Shown here piece after piece: positions 1 through 8,533 of a DNA stretch of 54,879 nucleotides (positions within the stretch are counted from its first letter, which is position 1; every line of letters starts with the position of its first letter). Made by a program: the position numbers and the translations under genes. The DNA lies in IMG/VR virus record IMGVR_UViG_3300036831_000090, positions 1 to 54,879 of that record, one strand, 5' to 3'. Under the pieces are notes generated by a model. The model did not search any database and was not told the origin of the DNA. It saw nothing but the letters and a program-made list of their open reading frames with translations. Origin of the DNA: a virus. Lineage: Duplodnaviria; Caudoviricetes.

Positions 1-14
1 ATCACCGCGACACT

Positions 15-140
15 CGGCCGGAGAAGTCCCGCCGAGTGTCGCGGTGATTCCGATGGCCGTGATGCCGCCATTGCCCGAGGTTGCGCTCGCGCCGCTGATG
101 AGTTGTCCGACGGCCCCGCCGCCCGCGCCCGATGCTGCGG
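15..140. repeat. Terminal direct repeat, copy 1 (126 bp), identical to 54754-54879; circular assembly overlap
   Basis: cggccggagaagtccc...gatgctgcgg is identical at both ends, offset 54739. Confidence 0.95.
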
Positions 141-573
141 TGTCGATCAGGAAGTCCTTCTCGTAGTCGAACCACGAGGTCGTCGAGAGCGTGACCGCGG
201 TTCCAAAGTTCAAGTCGTCGAAAACGACGCTGTTAGTCCCGTCGGAGGCCACGATCTGCAACTTCGTCAGAGTCGGCGAAGTGCCCGCGCCGTTATAAAC
301 CTTGATGCGGATACGCCCCGCGGTGACCGTTGGCTGCAAAACGAGCGCGGCCGTGTGCGCGGGAGCCGTCGACGGAACGAAATACTGCGTTCCCGACGTA
401 ATCGCGAGCCCTGAAAAAGATTGCTGCGTCTGGAACGAACTGACGCCAAGGCCGGGAAAGACCCGCGCGATGCCGACGTTGATCGCGTTCTTCCCGATGG
501 GAAGTTTTCTCGCATGTTCCAGAAGGAATTTGTCGAAATCAACGAAAGTCAGGCGCGACGTCTTGAATTCCAT
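15..573 (-). CDS. 5' part of a 197-aa gene spanning the circular junction (ends at 54719); putative capsid decoration/minor structural protein
   Basis: Not in ORF track. AAGGAG RBS, ATG at 573, MEFKTSRLTFVDFDKFLLEHARKLPIG...TATLGGTSPAATMDVELLGLI*, open across the junction; Thr/Gly/Ala rich; directly follows the major capsid gene. Confidence 0.75.
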
Positions 574-618
574 GTAAGGCTCCTTTACAGAATCACAATC
601 CGAAAATCGAATCACCGA

Positions 619-1623
619 TTAGGACAGGGTAGTTAGGGCCACTTGCGCAAGCGGTCTATTGCAGCCGAGTTGCGCTATCAGGTGAATTCTCGCGGTGATA
701 ACGTCCTGGTTCGACGGCATAATCCAGGGAGTCATCCGGAAGTAGCTGCCCAGGTTGTAGATCATCCAAATGTATTTCGTGTTCAGCAGGTATCCGGTTC
801 CCGCCGGGAAATGCTGGTCCGCGAGCACAACGGCGTTCTTGAATCGCATGTGGTAGCGGAACGAGGTTTGAATCGGCGCGGTGTCGGCGTAATTGTCGGA
901 CGCGCGGATGATGGTGGTCGACGCCGCCGAGTTCGAGTTCTGCGTGAACTGTCCTTCGAAGTTCGCGAAGTCGGTGTTGTTCAGAATCAAGAGGTTCGGC
1001 TCGTCGTATCCGTAAGTCGTCAGGAAATACGCCGGGAGCAACTTGATGGGCGTCAGGTGCCCGCCGATGGCTTGGTTCCCGGCCGGCTGCCAGAAGGTGT
1101 TGGTCGTCCGGTTGATGCCCGCGATGGTGTTGGTCGTCGACAGCACCCACGAATTGATGGAGTCGAGGTCGATCGAGGAATTGAACGGCGCGTTGCCCGC
1201 GACCGCTTCGGCCAGCATATCGAGCAGCGAACCGGCCGCGGCCTGCACGTAAGTCTTCACAAGGTCGAGACCGACCGGGCCTCCGCGGCCAATCACGATG
1301 TCCATGACCGGCAGCGTCACGGCCTGGAAATAGCCGCGCCATACCTGATCCGCCGGCTGAATCGCGTCGATGGCCGAGGTCGGCAAAAGCTGGTCGCCCC
1401 AGTACGCGCCACGAGTCGTAATCTTCGTGGTCAGCAAGGGGTAAACGATTTCGGCCCCGGCGTTGTATTTCTTCGCGTATTGGTTCAGGAACGAGAACGT
1501 CGGCGACGGCTGGAACACGAGGTCCGCAACCTTCGGATAGATCATCTTCTGCGAGATCGACTGCAGAGTGTTGACCAGTAGCGCGGAAGGCTGATTGATT
1601 CCAGTTCCAACTGTGAAGGCCAT
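619..1623 (-). CDS. Major capsid protein
   Basis: 334 aa, follows scaffold-like gene; motifs GINRTTNTFWQ, FKNAVVLADQHFPAGTGYLLNTKY and C-terminal LGCNRP resemble HK97-fold capsids; AGGAG RBS. Confidence 0.85.
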   Translation of the reverse strand: MAFTVGTGINQPSALLVNTLQSISQKMIYPKVADLVFQPSPTFSFLNQYAKKYNAGAEIVYPLLTTKITTRGAYWGDQLLPTSAIDAIQPADQVWRGYFQAVTLPVMDIVIGRGGPVGLDLVKTYVQAAAGSLLDMLAEAVAGNAPFNSSIDLDSINSWVLSTTNTIAGINRTTNTFWQPAGNQAIGGHLTPIKLLPAYFLTTYGYDEPNLLILNNTDFANFEGQFTQNSNSAASTTIIRASDNYADTAPIQTSFRYHMRFKNAVVLADQHFPAGTGYLLNTKYIWMIYNLGSYFRMTPWIMPSNQDVITARIHLIAQLGCNRPLAQVALTTLS

Positions 1624-1643
1624 GTTCTATGGCTCCTTTTCTG

Positions 1644-2459
1644 TTATTGCAAGAATGATGGTCCCATCTGCTCGATGAGATTCCGCAATTCCGGGTCTTT
1701 CAGGGATTCGGTATAGATGTCGCCGAGCACGTCGGTGTCGGCGTTGACGGGGCGCTGGCGTTGCGCTGGCCCCTGTCCGATGCCGGAAACTCCCGGCGGC
1801 GTGACGCGCGCGGCCATCGCTTCGAGACGGCCTTCTTCACGGCCCTTTTCGAGTGCCTGTTGCCGCGCTTCTTCGAGGCGGTCGCCTTCGCTCATCTTGT
1901 CCCAGGCGAGGCGCACGGACGGCATTCCGTCCTGATCGACAATCTTCTGCTCGTTCGCGTACTTCAGGATTTCATCGCGGGTGGGCTTCTTCTCGCGCTT
2001 GCCGAAGTTCAGGCCGTCGTACTCCCGCTGCCATTCCCGGCTCATAAACACTTTTGCGGCCTGAGTCAGCGTGGCCTGCAATTGGTTGGCGCGGTCTTCG
2101 AGAGCCTTGTACTTTTTGTCGCGCTCGTCGAAGGCGTTCTTGACGGGCGAGAGCCAGGGATCGGCGAACGGGTCGGCGCCGGGATTCGGTGGCTGCGCGG
2201 TGATCTTGGCGCGGGCTTCTTCGGCGGCTTGAAACGCCGCTTGCGCCCTCTGTCCAAGGTCGATAACCGTTTGCTGTCGGCGTTCAACTTCCTGCTCTTT
2301 CGTTTCGACGGCCTTCAGGCGGTCCGACAGGGTGGTGCGCTCCGAAGCATTTAACTGCCGTAGCGAACCGAGTTGAAATTCGGTTTCTCCGATACGAATA
2401 GGCGTCGTGTCGGCGTAACTCGCGTGATCGTCGAGAAACTTCTTAATATCGTCAGCCAT
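1644..2459 (-). CDS. Putative scaffolding protein
   Basis: 271 aa, charged and coiled-coil-like, directly upstream of MCP. Confidence 0.65.
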   Translation of the reverse strand: MADDIKKFLDDHASYADTTPIRIGETEFQLGSLRQLNASERTTLSDRLKAVETKEQEVERRQQTVIDLGQRAQAAFQAAEEARAKITAQPPNPGADPFADPWLSPVKNAFDERDKKYKALEDRANQLQATLTQAAKVFMSREWQREYDGLNFGKREKKPTRDEILKYANEQKIVDQDGMPSVRLAWDKMSEGDRLEEARQQALEKGREEGRLEAMAARVTPPGVSGIGQGPAQRQRPVNADTDVLGDIYTESLKDPELRNLIEQMGPSFLQ

Positions 2460-2475
2460 TATTTTTTCTCTCCCT

Positions 2476-2904
2476 TTATGTCAAGCTCGGGGCGTTGTTT
2501 CCGGTCGGCGGTTGCCCCTGCTGTACGGCACTAAACCCGATGGGTGGTCCCTGACTCTGTTCCGAGTTCTTTACGGTGTCCGTGATGTTCGCGGCCTTCT
2601 TGGCCGATTCGATGGTCTTCGTCAGTTGCTTCATCGTTTGGCTGATGTCGTTCGCCAGTGCCGGAACGGTCTGAAACACCTGCACAAACAACACTCCGAG
2701 CATCTGATGAATTTGATTGAGTTGCCGGAGAACCATCGAAGGGTCGGCACCTTGAGACGCTGCCGAGGACTGTGAAAAATCCTGCGCGGGATTCGCCTGG
2801 TCGTCGGTGTTCTTCGACAGAGCGCCGAGAATGGTCCCGAGCATCCCCGAACCGTTGCCGGGGTTGCCGGGATTGCCTCCAAGCGGGTTGGGCGGCGTCG
2901 CCAA
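2476..2904 (-). CDS. Hypothetical head-module protein (Q/P/N-rich)
   Basis: 142-aa ORF, TTG start, co-oriented in head operon. Confidence 0.55.
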   Translation of the reverse strand: MATPPNPLGGNPGNPGNGSGMLGTILGALSKNTDDQANPAQDFSQSSAASQGADPSMVLRQLNQIHQMLGVLFVQVFQTVPALANDISQTMKQLTKTIESAKKAANITDTVKNSEQSQGPPIGFSAVQQGQPPTGNNAPSLT

Positions 2905-2910
2905 TCGTAA

Positions 2911-3099
2911 TTAATCCTTGCTCGACGGGCCGATGTTGCGCGGCTTCGCGTCAGACGGCATTACACCCATCGGGTCACGGGGTTCATCACTGGCAACTTC
3001 TGCCGCCCCGCCGTAGTTAATATCGCCCTCGGCGGAACCCTTCGGGGGTTGCGTTTCGTACGGCGTGTCGAACACTGTGAAATGATCTTTTTTGGCCAT
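2911..3099 (-). CDS. Small hypothetical head-module protein
   Basis: 62 aa, TAATG coupling with upstream ORF; shares a (D/E)TP(Y/F)..E...GD..YG...D.MG.MP pattern with 3099-3296. Confidence 0.6.
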   Translation of the reverse strand: MAKKDHFTVFDTPYETQPPKGSAEGDINYGGAAEVASDEPRDPMGVMPSDAKPRNIGPSSKD

Positions 3100-3296
3100 T
3101 ATCTTTTCTTCTCCCTCGGCATGAAGCCCACTCGATCGGTGGGCATTTGGTCGTAGAGCCGTTCGCCGTAATCGGCGTCGCCCGCCATGATCTCTTCTGA
3201 AAATGGTGTTTCCATGAGCGAGTCTTCAGTCAGCCGGATATTCCGGTCGATCTGCTTTGTGTCGATCTTGTCGGTACGTCCATTGTCTCGGTCCAT
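3099..3296 (-). CDS. Small hypothetical protein with basic C-terminus (PREKKR)
   Basis: 65 aa, GGAG RBS, likely paralog of 2911-3099. Confidence 0.6.
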   Translation of the reverse strand: MDRDNGRTDKIDTKQIDRNIRLTEDSLMETPFSEEIMAGDADYGERLYDQMPTDRVGFMPREKKR

Positions 3297-3315
3297 GTGC
3301 TTTTCTCCGCGTGCA

Positions 3316-3479
3316 GCGGGGGACGAGTCCCAGCCCTCACTTACCTCGTCCCCGCGCCATAAACGCTCTGCCCTCCCAGGCAGTTACTTCCGGCGGCCGT
3401 GACGGCCTTTGCGACGAGCCATATTGGTTGTCTCCTTTCTACTCGGGCATCCTCAGCTTGCGAGGAGAGACCCCCGAGT
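3316..3479 (-). ncRNA. Candidate structured RNA element surrounding a 12-codon ORF
   Basis: Hairpins on the minus-strand RNA: ACUCGGG..UCCUC/GAGGA..CCCGAGU (3441-3479), CUGCC/GGCAG (3368-3383), GGGGACGAG/CUCGUCCCC (3319-3353). Confidence 0.45.
3384..3422 (-). CDS. 12-aa basic micropeptide MARRKGRHGRRK
   Basis: Strong RBS AGAAAGGAG 9 nt upstream of ATG, TAA stop, in head operon. Confidence 0.6.
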   Translation of the reverse strand: MARRKGRHGRRK

Positions 3480-3497
3480 CAAACGTCGAAACATCGT

Positions 3498-3581
3498 TTA
3501 GTAGCGGCCGGCCTTGCGCGCGCCGGGATTGCGACCCGCCATCTTGGTATTCATCGAACCGCGCTTCATTCGTCGGGCCAT
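3498..3581 (-). CDS. 27-aa basic peptide MARRMKRGSMNTKMAGRNPGARKAGRY
   Basis: AGGAG RBS, ATG..TAA, same MARR start as the 12-aa peptide. Confidence 0.6.
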   Translation of the reverse strand: MARRMKRGSMNTKMAGRNPGARKAGRY

Positions 3582-3590
3582 GATCCGCTC

Positions 3591-3821
3591 CTAGTTCGGA
3601 AGCACTATGCTGCTCACGCCGTTTTCGGCGAGTGCCGCTTCCGCTTCAAGTTTCAAACTTTCCATCCAGGCGTCCTCACCCATTTCCACACGCGCTTTCT
3701 TCGTCGACCAAAACGGCGGCGAAGGCTTCCCGTCGACGGCAAATTGCACGAGGTAAACGGGGCACGGATAATCAGGATTGACGTGTTCGGAAAGATGGAT
3801 GAGTTCGTGACGAGATTGCAT
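3591..3821 (-). CDS. Hypothetical protein (76 aa)
   Basis: ORF track; co-oriented. Confidence 0.55.
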   Translation of the reverse strand: MQSRHELIHLSEHVNPDYPCPVYLVQFAVDGKPSPPFWSTKKARVEMGEDAWMESLKLEAEAALAENGVSSIVLPN

Positions 3822-3888
3822 CGCGCAAGCACAATGCAGTAGGAGTCAAGAGGGACGCAACGGTACGAGTTCAGACTGTTCGGAGTGT

Positions 3889-4047
3889 CTAGTTTACTTT
3901 TAAGAGGAGCCAGCGGCCTTTCGGATCCCGTTTGACGCGGAATCCGAGATGCAAAATGAAGCCGGAGCTACACCAACGCTTGATGGTGATGGGATTTTTT
4001 TGATACTCGCGGGCTATCGTTGATACCGGAACCCAGTTCTCGGTCAT
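3889..4047 (-). CDS. Small Xis/MerR-like helix-turn-helix DNA-binding protein (52 aa)
   Basis: Not in ORF track. MTENWVPVSTIAREYQKNPITIKRWCSSGF...RDPKGRWLL; ATGA overlap with the portal stop. Confidence 0.65.
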   Translation of the reverse strand: MTENWVPVSTIAREYQKNPITIKRWCSSGFILHLGFRVKRDPKGRWLLLKVN

Positions 4048-5771
4048 CGGGGTTTCCTGAGTTTCGAAAGTGCCGCGAGTTCTTGAGCCTTCTGCGAATC
4101 GGCAGCCAATTCGTCGGCATTCGGCAAGCCCAAAGTTTCGAAGATAAATTTCGGCGGCAACGCACCTGTCTTCGAAAGTGACAGCACGAGGTTTTTCATC
4201 ATGGCAGACGAAACCGCCTGAATCGACGCTTCATCCATTTCGATTTCGCACTCGCTGCCGTCGGGAATCGGCGTCCATGAGCACGGCTTCCGATTCTTGC
4301 GCGCCGGGATCATCACGTCGTCCTGCTTTTTGAATCGGGCCATCGTGAAGAACGTCATTCTCGCAAGACGCTGGTAGGATTCGGCGAGCAGTCGAGCCTT
4401 CATGCGCACAAACTTCTGCCCCTGAAACACTGCCGCGTCGAACAGTTCAGGAGAGACGTTTCCTCCGCCGGCCTGGCCCTGGCGTTCGGGCGTCGATCCA
4501 CAGTAGCGGCCCACCTTCGAGAGAAAATATTCCGGCAACTGCGTCATGTGCTGTGGCAGTTGCGGCGGTGCGGTCACGGACGGTGGTTTGTCGCCGTCGT
4601 AAACCTGCACTTCGCCGGGAAGCCCGCCGTAAGCGTCGATGTCGATGCCCGAGTCCCGAGGAATCCAGCACTGCACGTTGTTGGTGCGGATTACGTTTTC
4701 GACGAGTTGAGTAGAGAGTTTTTCAGAGATTTCTTGAGGGCTACGCATGTAGCGGATGGGCGCAGGTCCGTAGAGGCTATTGAGATGGGGCATGGACCAC
4801 ACACCGACGAAAGGAAATGTTCCAAAATCATCTTCCGGTAAACGAGGGATGAAATTAGGTCCATCCGCGAGGACAATTCCGTTGCACTCAACGATGAATC
4901 GACCATTCGGGTACTTCCACTTCGTTTTCGGCTGGATGACGAGTTCGAACCCTTTGCCCGCTTCGACACCGGCAATCTCCTCGACACGTTCTTTCGTGTA
5001 GTCCTTGACCCAAACCCATCTTACCCGAACCCGGGGACCATTCCTTTGATGCTCGAAACCTTCAGGAGCATCCACACGCAGAGGACCAGGAGGCAGTTCC
5101 ATGCTAAGGTCGAAACGGCTGCCTTCCATTTCCTCCTGCTCGTAATCGTCATAGCCGCCGCCGATCTTCACGAAGCGTCCGCGGTCGGGGAACATGCGGC
5201 GCACTTCGTCCACGTAGAAATAGCGTTCCTTCACGATGTACCCCATAGTGCGGTCATCGGTCGCGTGCGGGTCGGGATCAATCGTCGATGGATCGTCGGC
5301 GGCGATCCACACCATTCCCTTGCCGTAGCGCGCGGTCGGGTTGTAACCCACTTGGAGCCATGAAGGATTTACGAACTGCGACCAGAACACGGCGTCGAAT
5401 ATCCGGTTATTGAACATCCCGAGGCGCCACGCGGCATTGAAAGCCTTCTCGCGCACTTCGTCGGTTTTGCCGTCAACGCTGATGTAGGTTTTCGGTGTGT
5501 CGTTGGTGAGGTCGGTTGCTTCGCACATTAAAAGAAATTGCGATTCGGGGAGCACGACGCGGGGGCGGTAGGAGGGTGTGGCGGTCGACGGATAGTAATT
5601 CAGGTTGTAGTAGTCGACCATCGACTTCGCGTGGTCGGTGCCTTGCTTCTGGTCGCGCTCGGCGCGGGACATCCGCTGGAGTTGGTCGATTTGTCGAGAG
5701 ATGCGCTGTTCTTCCGTCGTCTGCTGGTTCGACTTCCGTTCGGTCATCACCGTTACATACGACAGGCTCAT
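4044..5771 (-). CDS. Portal protein (P22/podovirus-like)
   Basis: 575 aa between terminase and scaffold/MCP; D.DP motif (IDPDPHA), FPFV..W segment, helical C-terminus. Confidence 0.8.
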   Translation of the reverse strand: MSLSYVTVMTERKSNQQTTEEQRISRQIDQLQRMSRAERDQKQGTDHAKSMVDYYNLNYYPSTATPSYRPRVVLPESQFLLMCEATDLTNDTPKTYISVDGKTDEVREKAFNAAWRLGMFNNRIFDAVFWSQFVNPSWLQVGYNPTARYGKGMVWIAADDPSTIDPDPHATDDRTMGYIVKERYFYVDEVRRMFPDRGRFVKIGGGYDDYEQEEMEGSRFDLSMELPPGPLRVDAPEGFEHQRNGPRVRVRWVWVKDYTKERVEEIAGVEAGKGFELVIQPKTKWKYPNGRFIVECNGIVLADGPNFIPRLPEDDFGTFPFVGVWSMPHLNSLYGPAPIRYMRSPQEISEKLSTQLVENVIRTNNVQCWIPRDSGIDIDAYGGLPGEVQVYDGDKPPSVTAPPQLPQHMTQLPEYFLSKVGRYCGSTPERQGQAGGGNVSPELFDAAVFQGQKFVRMKARLLAESYQRLARMTFFTMARFKKQDDVMIPARKNRKPCSWTPIPDGSECEIEMDEASIQAVSSAMMKNLVLSLSKTGALPPKFIFETLGLPNADELAADSQKAQELAALSKLRKPR

Positions 5772-6031
5772 TCGTCACTCACCTTGAAAATTCGGATGGC
5801 GTTGTCCATATCGGAATCACGAACGACCTCAACTGAAGTTCCAGCAGGAAATACCCGCGATTGCCCTTGGTTTGAGCAAAAATCGTCAATGTCGATGCTC
5901 GCTGGATTGAGCAGTATTAAGTAGCGTGCCTTCGGATCAATCTCATAGGAGCGTCCAACATCTTTTCCGTCGAGCGTGACAACTGCGGCGGGCAGTGCGA
6001 CTAGAGCTTGCAGCAGTTTACGCCGTTCCAC
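5768..6031 (-). CDS. Hypothetical protein with twin-arginine-like N-terminus
   Basis: MERRKLLQALVALPAAVV; coupled to portal by ATGA overlap. Confidence 0.55.
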   Translation of the reverse strand: MERRKLLQALVALPAAVVTLDGKDVGRSYEIDPKARYLILLNPASIDIDDFCSNQGQSRVFPAGTSVEVVRDSDMDNAIRIFKVSDE

Positions 6032-6185
6032 GTTTCCCCCTCACTTCTAGCGGTGGTGCCCAGCGGTGCTCGTTCTTGAAGTATATCGTTCCCCGGCAGC
6101 CGCACATCCACTGTTTCGCGTTGGCGTTCGACGCGGCGGTGTTCAGTTGCATCGGTCGGGCACAGTGGGGGCAAGTTGGCGGCAT
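6018..6185 (-). CDS. Small zinc-ribbon protein
   Basis: MPPTCPHC...WMCGCRG; TAATG coupling. Confidence 0.5.
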   Translation of the reverse strand: MPPTCPHCARPMQLNTAASNANAKQWMCGCRGTIYFKNEHRWAPPLEVRGKRGTA

Positions 6186-6400
6186 TATTCGGCCACCAAC
6201 TGCCCGTCGATAGGATAGGCTTCGAAAATCTGCCAGCCCAGTGTCGGCGGTTCCAGCATGTCGCCACCGTACCAGTGGCACTTTTCAACAACGCGGATTT
6301 TCGTCAGCCAGCGCGTTTTGCCGTCCTCACACTCGATCGGAAACCACGCGAATATGACTCGCTCGCGGGTGTCGCCGTCGGATTTTGTTTTCCATTCCAT
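6185..6400 (-). CDS. Hypothetical phage protein
   Basis: 71 aa, FAWFPI...RWL motif, translational coupling. Confidence 0.55.
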   Translation of the reverse strand: MEWKTKSDGDTRERVIFAWFPIECEDGKTRWLTKIRVVEKCHWYGGDMLEPPTLGWQIFEAYPIDGQLVAE

Positions 6401-6756
6401 TATTGCTTCGTGACTTTTATACCTTCGAGCGGAATCCTCGACAATTCCAGTTTTCCGGTCAGCCAGTCGGAAATCACTTCCGCCGGATTCTCGGTCTCCA
6501 CCGGATTCTCCGAATTCTTCATCTGCTCTTTGACCTTGAAGACCATTTCCATGTGGTCCTTCATGTTCGTATAGGTCGGCACGAGTTCGCTGGCGTTCTT
6601 GCAGAGTGCTCGCCGTAAATTACGGCAAGCGTTGTTCCAGCTTTTGTCGGCGTCGCGGTTGAACTTCGCCCACATCTTGTCGTAGGACTTGCGGGCGCGA
6701 TTGGCCATCGCTTCGAAGTCTTGCGGCACCGGGCTTGATATCGACTTGGCCATCAC
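6400..6756 (-). CDS. Hypothetical helical protein (possible small terminase, unproven)
   Basis: 118 aa, coupled, in packaging region. Confidence 0.5.
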   Translation of the reverse strand: MMAKSISSPVPQDFEAMANRARKSYDKMWAKFNRDADKSWNNACRNLRRALCKNASELVPTYTNMKDHMEMVFKVKEQMKNSENPVETENPAEVISDWLTGKLELSRIPLEGIKVTKQ

Positions 6757-7004
6757 ATTTTCAGGTTGGAAAGGATTTTACGGGTGCGCGCCTCATTGTG
6801 GATGTCGCCGCGGGCCTGCGCTATTTTCTGCTGCGCGAGAAGCAGTTCCAGGTGGTTCTCTAGGAGCCGCTTCGCCCGTTCGATGATCGACAGCGCGTAC
6901 TCGATATTGATTTCCGGCGCGTTAATGTCGAGGTCGTAGTTGCCATCGAGATGCTGCACGAGTTCAATGCGGACTACGTTTTCCGATGCTTCCGATTCTG
7001 CCAT
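6753..7004 (-). CDS. Hypothetical protein
   Basis: MAESEASENVVRIELVQ..., TAATG coupling. Confidence 0.55.
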   Translation of the reverse strand: MAESEASENVVRIELVQHLDGNYDLDINAPEINIEYALSIIERAKRLLENHLELLLAQQKIAQARGDIHNEARTRKILSNLKM

Positions 7005-7804
7005 TACGCCCCCACGTTTGCTTGCGCACAACCGCTAGATTTTGGATTCTTGCAGTCGGAATGATGAACGTCCTGCTCGCTGCGAAACCACAGCGGGCCA
7101 GTTCCGTTCCATGAATTCGTCCATGGTGAGTAACCCCATGTAAATCGTCCGCCACAATCCGCACAGCGCGAGAAAGCCCAGCGCTTGAACTGATCTACTG
7201 GTTGGCACTGCAATTTCCAGTGCCAGAAATGCCAGCGCACGTGACGATACCAAGGACGACGTTCGCGGAGGATGTATCGGGCGATGGCACGGAAGAACTG
7301 TTCGGCGTGGTATTGGCGGTCTTCTACGCGATCCTCGTCTCGATTGCTACTCCATCCCGGCAGAAACGATAGTGATGTTCGGAAATTATCGACGGGGTTG
7401 CCGAGCATTTCACAGGCCCAAGATTCTGCTTCACTGAACGAGACTCGTTTCGTCGGAGGTTCGCATAAATGCTCTTTCGAGAGCACTTTTCCAACGATGA
7501 CAAACGCCTGCCGCAAAAGGGTCTCGGCTTCGGTCGGACTCTCTATCTGCTTTCCGAGAAACTTCTGAAAGTACGGTTCCCGCGCCTCGTCACCGGAAAT
7601 GCTTTTGATTCGAGAGACCTGATCCTTGCTGAGTTTGGGAGCAAACCAGCCACACGAGTCGTCGGTGCCGTCGGCTTCTGGATCAACGTGCCAGATCGTA
7701 ATGAACGTATGCCGATAACCCTTCGGAAAGAGTTTTAAGTTGCCGGGAGATTTGTCGCGCCACGGATACTTGATCTCGAACGCGACTGTCATCGGGTCGT
7801 GCAT
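7004..7804 (-). CDS. Hypothetical phage protein (Trp/His-rich, C-terminal CxxC)
   Basis: 266 aa; MHDPMTVAFEI, WHVDPE.DG.DDSCGW, RWHFWHW, CADC. Confidence 0.7.
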   Translation of the reverse strand: MHDPMTVAFEIKYPWRDKSPGNLKLFPKGYRHTFITIWHVDPEADGTDDSCGWFAPKLSKDQVSRIKSISGDEAREPYFQKFLGKQIESPTEAETLLRQAFVIVGKVLSKEHLCEPPTKRVSFSEAESWACEMLGNPVDNFRTSLSFLPGWSSNRDEDRVEDRQYHAEQFFRAIARYILRERRPWYRHVRWHFWHWKLQCQPVDQFKRWAFSRCADCGGRFTWGYSPWTNSWNGTGPLWFRSEQDVHHSDCKNPKSSGCAQANVGA

Positions 7805-8241
7805 TACGCCTCTCTCTGCTGCCGCGCGTTGCGGGCCATGTCCTCGCGCAAGAGTGATGCTATCCTACGCTTTTGTAAAGTGGCTTCCATCGCGGCGAGT
7901 TTTTCGTTGTCTAAAGTGGAACCTTTGCCGCGAACCGCGTCGAAGTTAATTTCCTGCTCCTCGGCGGGTTTCTTCTTGATGGGGTCGGCGGCAATCACTT
8001 CTTTTCCCATCTGCTTTTCCGGTCGCGCAATGAAAACTTCCCCGAAGCCACCCATGTGGGTGCGCAGAACAAGTTCCTGCTTTTTCGAATCCCAGTCCTT
8101 GAGCAGCGTCACCGACTGGTCGATCACGTCGATCTGGTCGCCACGGATTCGGAGTTCGCCACCGTTTTGACGGCACAGCGCTGCGATGATTTTTACGAGG
8201 TAGGCTTCGAGGCTGGCTTCACCACGGTTATAGGCCGGCAT
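7804..8241 (-). CDS. Hypothetical protein
   Basis: 145 aa, GGAG RBS. Confidence 0.6.
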   Translation of the reverse strand: MPAYNRGEASLEAYLVKIIAALCRQNGGELRIRGDQIDVIDQSVTLLKDWDSKKQELVLRTHMGGFGEVFIARPEKQMGKEVIAADPIKKKPAEEQEINFDAVRGKGSTLDNEKLAAMEATLQKRRIASLLREDMARNARQQREA

Positions 8242-8254
8242 TTATGGCTCCAAC

Positions 8255-8533
8255 TCAAATCGTAGTCTGATCTTCTTTTACTGCATAATTCCTGCCACGT
8301 ATTTTAGAAATTTTCCCGGTAGCGTCCGAACAGTTTAGGGTTTCTGGATCGAATTCAAATCCGAGGCAATCTCTGCCGATGAGTTTCAAAAGTTTATTTT
8401 GGTAATGACGCCAAAGGAATCTTTTCCAAATAGAATCAAGAATAATTCTGTTCCACATCTGTTCTTGATCTTCGGCATAACAGAGATTTTTTATTTTTAT
8501 CGCCGTAATCCTATAATCTTTATCCTCGCTCAT
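8255..8533 (-). CDS. AT-rich hypothetical protein (moron-like)
   Basis: 92 aa, visibly lower GC than flanks, ATGA overlap with terL stop. Confidence 0.55.
   Translation of the reverse strand: MSEDKDYRITAIKIKNLCYAEDQEQMWNRIILDSIWKRFLWRHYQNKLLKLIGRDCLGFEFDPETLNCSDATGKISKIRGRNYAVKEDQTTI

Noticed and set aside
1-48. Perfect 18-bp inverted repeat at the contig start (hairpin telomere?)
   Set aside because: Bases 1-14 differ from the sequence before the second repeat copy (54740-54753), which keeps the gene intact. It looks like a fold-back read or assembly artefact, and no protelomerase was seen
3425-3479. Hammerhead ribozyme (CUGAGGA...GAAA on minus strand)
   Set aside because: The nucleotides between CUGAGGA and GAAA do not form stem II; they pair elsewhere. 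Kept only as a generic structure
5768-6031. Tat-exported protein
   Set aside because: RRKLL is present but the h-region is short and there is no clear cleavage site
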